From: an uncultured Methylomirabilota bacterium | GTDB taxonomy: Bacteria; Methylomirabilota; Methylomirabilia; Methylomirabilales; 2-02-FULL-66-22 | Reading direction: 5' to 3' | NCBI GenBank assembly: GCA_963845565.1 | Contig: CAWJSJ010000005.1 | Coordinates: forward strand, 32,001 to 96,000 | Length of the DNA: 64,000 nucleotides | Part shown: piece by piece, positions 62,461 through 64,000 of the stretch | How the letters are laid out: every line of letters begins with the position of its first letter | Numbering within the stretch: the first letter of the stretch is position 1 | Made by a program: the position numbers and the translations under genes | The notes under the pieces: generated by a model | What the model was told of the DNA's origin: nothing | What the model saw: the letters and a program-made list of their open reading frames with translations, nothing else | Databases searched by the model: none

Positions 62461-62940
62461 ATGAGCTTCTATCTCATCGCGCTGGCGATCGTCCTGACGG
62501 ACCAAATCACCAAAGAGATCGTCATCCGATCCATGCGGCTGGGGCAAAGCATTCCCATTGTCCCCGGATACTTCGATTTGACCTTCGTCCTGAACCCGGG
62601 GGCCGCCTTCAGCCTCTTCGCCACGCTGCCCGAGGGCATCCGAAATCCCTTCTTCATCGGCATCTCGGTGACGGCGGCCATCCTGATCATTTTCTATCGT
62701 GCTCGGTATCTCCGGCAACACCGTCTGGCCTCCGCCAGCCTCGGGCTGATCCTCGGCGGCGCCGTCGGCAACCTGATCGACCGGGTGCGGTTCGGCGTCG
62801 TGGTGGATTTCTTGGACGCGCACCTGCACCAGTACCACTGGCCAGTCTTCAACGTGGCGGATTCGGCCATCTCGGTCGGTGTCACGTTGATGCTGCTCGA
62901 CATGGTCCTGGAGTGGCGGAGGGAGAAGGGAAGCCATTAG
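62461..62940 (+). CDS. lspA: Lipoprotein signal peptidase
   Basis: DQITK, NPGAAFS, GAVGNLIDR, VVDFL, FNVADSAI. Confidence 0.95.
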   Translation: MSFYLIALAIVLTDQITKEIVIRSMRLGQSIPIVPGYFDLTFVLNPGAAFSLFATLPEGIRNPFFIGISVTAAILIIFYRARYLRQHRLASASLGLILGGAVGNLIDRVRFGVVVDFLDAHLHQYHWPVFNVADSAISVGVTLMLLDMVLEWRREKGSH

Positions 62941-63021
62941 CTTTCAGCAGTCAGCATTCAGCTTGGGAGGCCCGTCACGGTTGGTTCCCGGGTGCAGGGC
63001 TGACGCCTGACGACTGACGGC
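62940..63021. repeat. Inverted pair of degenerate 7-mer repeats (TCAGC / GCTGA)
   Basis: GCTTTCAGCAGTCAGCATTCAGC...GCTGACGCCTGACGACTGACGGC. Confidence 0.65.
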
Positions 63022-63031
63022 GTGAAGACCA

Positions 63032-64000
63032 ATGGCCGATCTACGCGAGTTCATCGTCGATGCGGCGGATGCCGGGCAGCGCCTGGATGTCTTCGTGGCC
63101 CGCGTCAGCGGTCTTTCGCGCGCCCGGGTGCACGCCCTGATCGAGGCGGGGTCCGTCCGCGTCGCGGACCACCCGCAGAAGCCGCGGTACGCGGTCAAAT
63201 CCGGGGACCGTGTGGCGCTGACGGTCCCACCCGCCGAACCCCTGGCCCTCACGCCCGAACCGATTCCCCTCGAGATCCTTTACGAGGACGACCACCTGCT
63301 GGTCCTGAACAAGCCGGCGGGACTCGTCGTCCATCCCGGCGCCGGGCGGGCGACCGGAACGCTGGTTCACGCGCTCCTGGCCCACTGCCCGAACCTGCCC
63401 GGGATCGGGGGAGTGGAACGGCCGGGTATCGTGCACCGACTGGACCGCGACACCTCGGGGGTGATGGTGGTGGCGAAGAGCGAGGCCGCGCACCGATCGC
63501 TGAGCCTGCAATTCAAGAACCGCATCGTCCGGAAGCGGTATCTGGCCCTGGTGTATGGCGCGGTGCGACAGGAGGCGGGGCGGATCGAGGCCCCCATCGG
63601 GCGGCGGGAGCGCGACCGGAAGCGGATGGGAGTGAAAATGGAGGGCGGGCGGACGGCCCGGACGACCTACCGCGTCCTGCGCCGGCTACCCGACATGACG
63701 CTGGTCGAACTGGGGCTCGAAACGGGGCGCACCCACCAGATCCGGGTTCATCTCGCCCACATCGGCCATCCCGTGGTGGGCGACGAGGTGTACGGCGGTC
63801 GCCGCGAACGGCGTGGCGCGGCGGGCGCCCCGCGTGCGCCCCGACAATTGCTGCACGCCTGGCGGCTCGGGTTCCGCCATCCGACGGGCGGGGAGTGGTT
63901 GGAGTTTGCGGCGCCGATCCCCGCCGATTTCACGACCGTGGCCGCTCTCGACCCGGTGGACCTGTCGAATCCTCCGTCGGGTCGCCGCTCGTCTCCCTGA
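63032..64000 (+). CDS. rluD: RluA family pseudouridine synthase with S4 domain (RluD-like)
   Basis: RLD..., NKPAGLVVHP, HRLDRDTSG, TGRTHQIRVH, LHA. Confidence 0.9.
   Translation: MADLREFIVDAADAGQRLDVFVARVSGLSRARVHALIEAGSVRVADHPQKPRYAVKSGDRVALTVPPAEPLALTPEPIPLEILYEDDHLLVLNKPAGLVVHPGAGRATGTLVHALLAHCPNLPGIGGVERPGIVHRLDRDTSGVMVVAKSEAAHRSLSLQFKNRIVRKRYLALVYGAVRQEAGRIEAPIGRRERDRKRMGVKMEGGRTARTTYRVLRRLPDMTLVELGLETGRTHQIRVHLAHIGHPVVGDEVYGGRRERRGAAGAPRAPRQLLHAWRLGFRHPTGGEWLEFAAPIPADFTTVAALDPVDLSNPPSGRRSSP

Noticed and set aside
59568..62462. Long antisense ORFs (964 aa here, also 1235..3070, 26596..28347, 56042..58267 and others)
   Set aside because: Shadow ORFs opposite clear genes, expected at high GC.

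Overview
High-GC bacterial chromosomal segment. The gene style and repeat families suggest Methylomirabilota/NC10 or a Nitrospirota/Desulfobacterota relative, but that assignment is a guess. Left part (0-14 kb): amidohydrolases, a ThDP enzyme, an OFA-type MFS transporter, an HcpR/Dnr-like Crp/Fnr regulator with a perfect FNR box, an RhlB-like helicase, two Zn-dehydrogenases and a nucleotidyltransferase module flanked by a duplicated gene end. 14.9-30.4 kb: a LacI-controlled catabolic locus containing a CoA-transferase, MaoC dehydratase, acyl-CoA dehydrogenase, SDR, Gfo/Idh/MocA oxidoreductase, a TRAP transporter with two DctP paralogs, a GCVEP-type glycyl radical enzyme with apparently atypical active-site residues, its activase and a beta-hydroxyacid dehydrogenase. 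This locus is the best candidate for an undescribed pathway. 31.8-41.2 kb: an ABC transporter plus hydrolases, a PfkB kinase and an SIS protein. 43-52.2 kb: an island-like accessory region (SRAP, four PilZ genes, receiver proteins, pyrE-like gene) next to the 3' end of tRNA-Lys(TTT). Right part: housekeeping genes (class V aminotransferase-serA-hisZ-purA; ileS-lspA-rluD). Intergenic DNA holds two MITE-like families, one with a visible empty site and TA duplication, and about ten degenerate 7/8/9-mer repeat cassettes, many in inverted pairs. Several +1 frameshifts look like assembly indel errors. No CRISPR array, rRNA, transposase or integrase was found.
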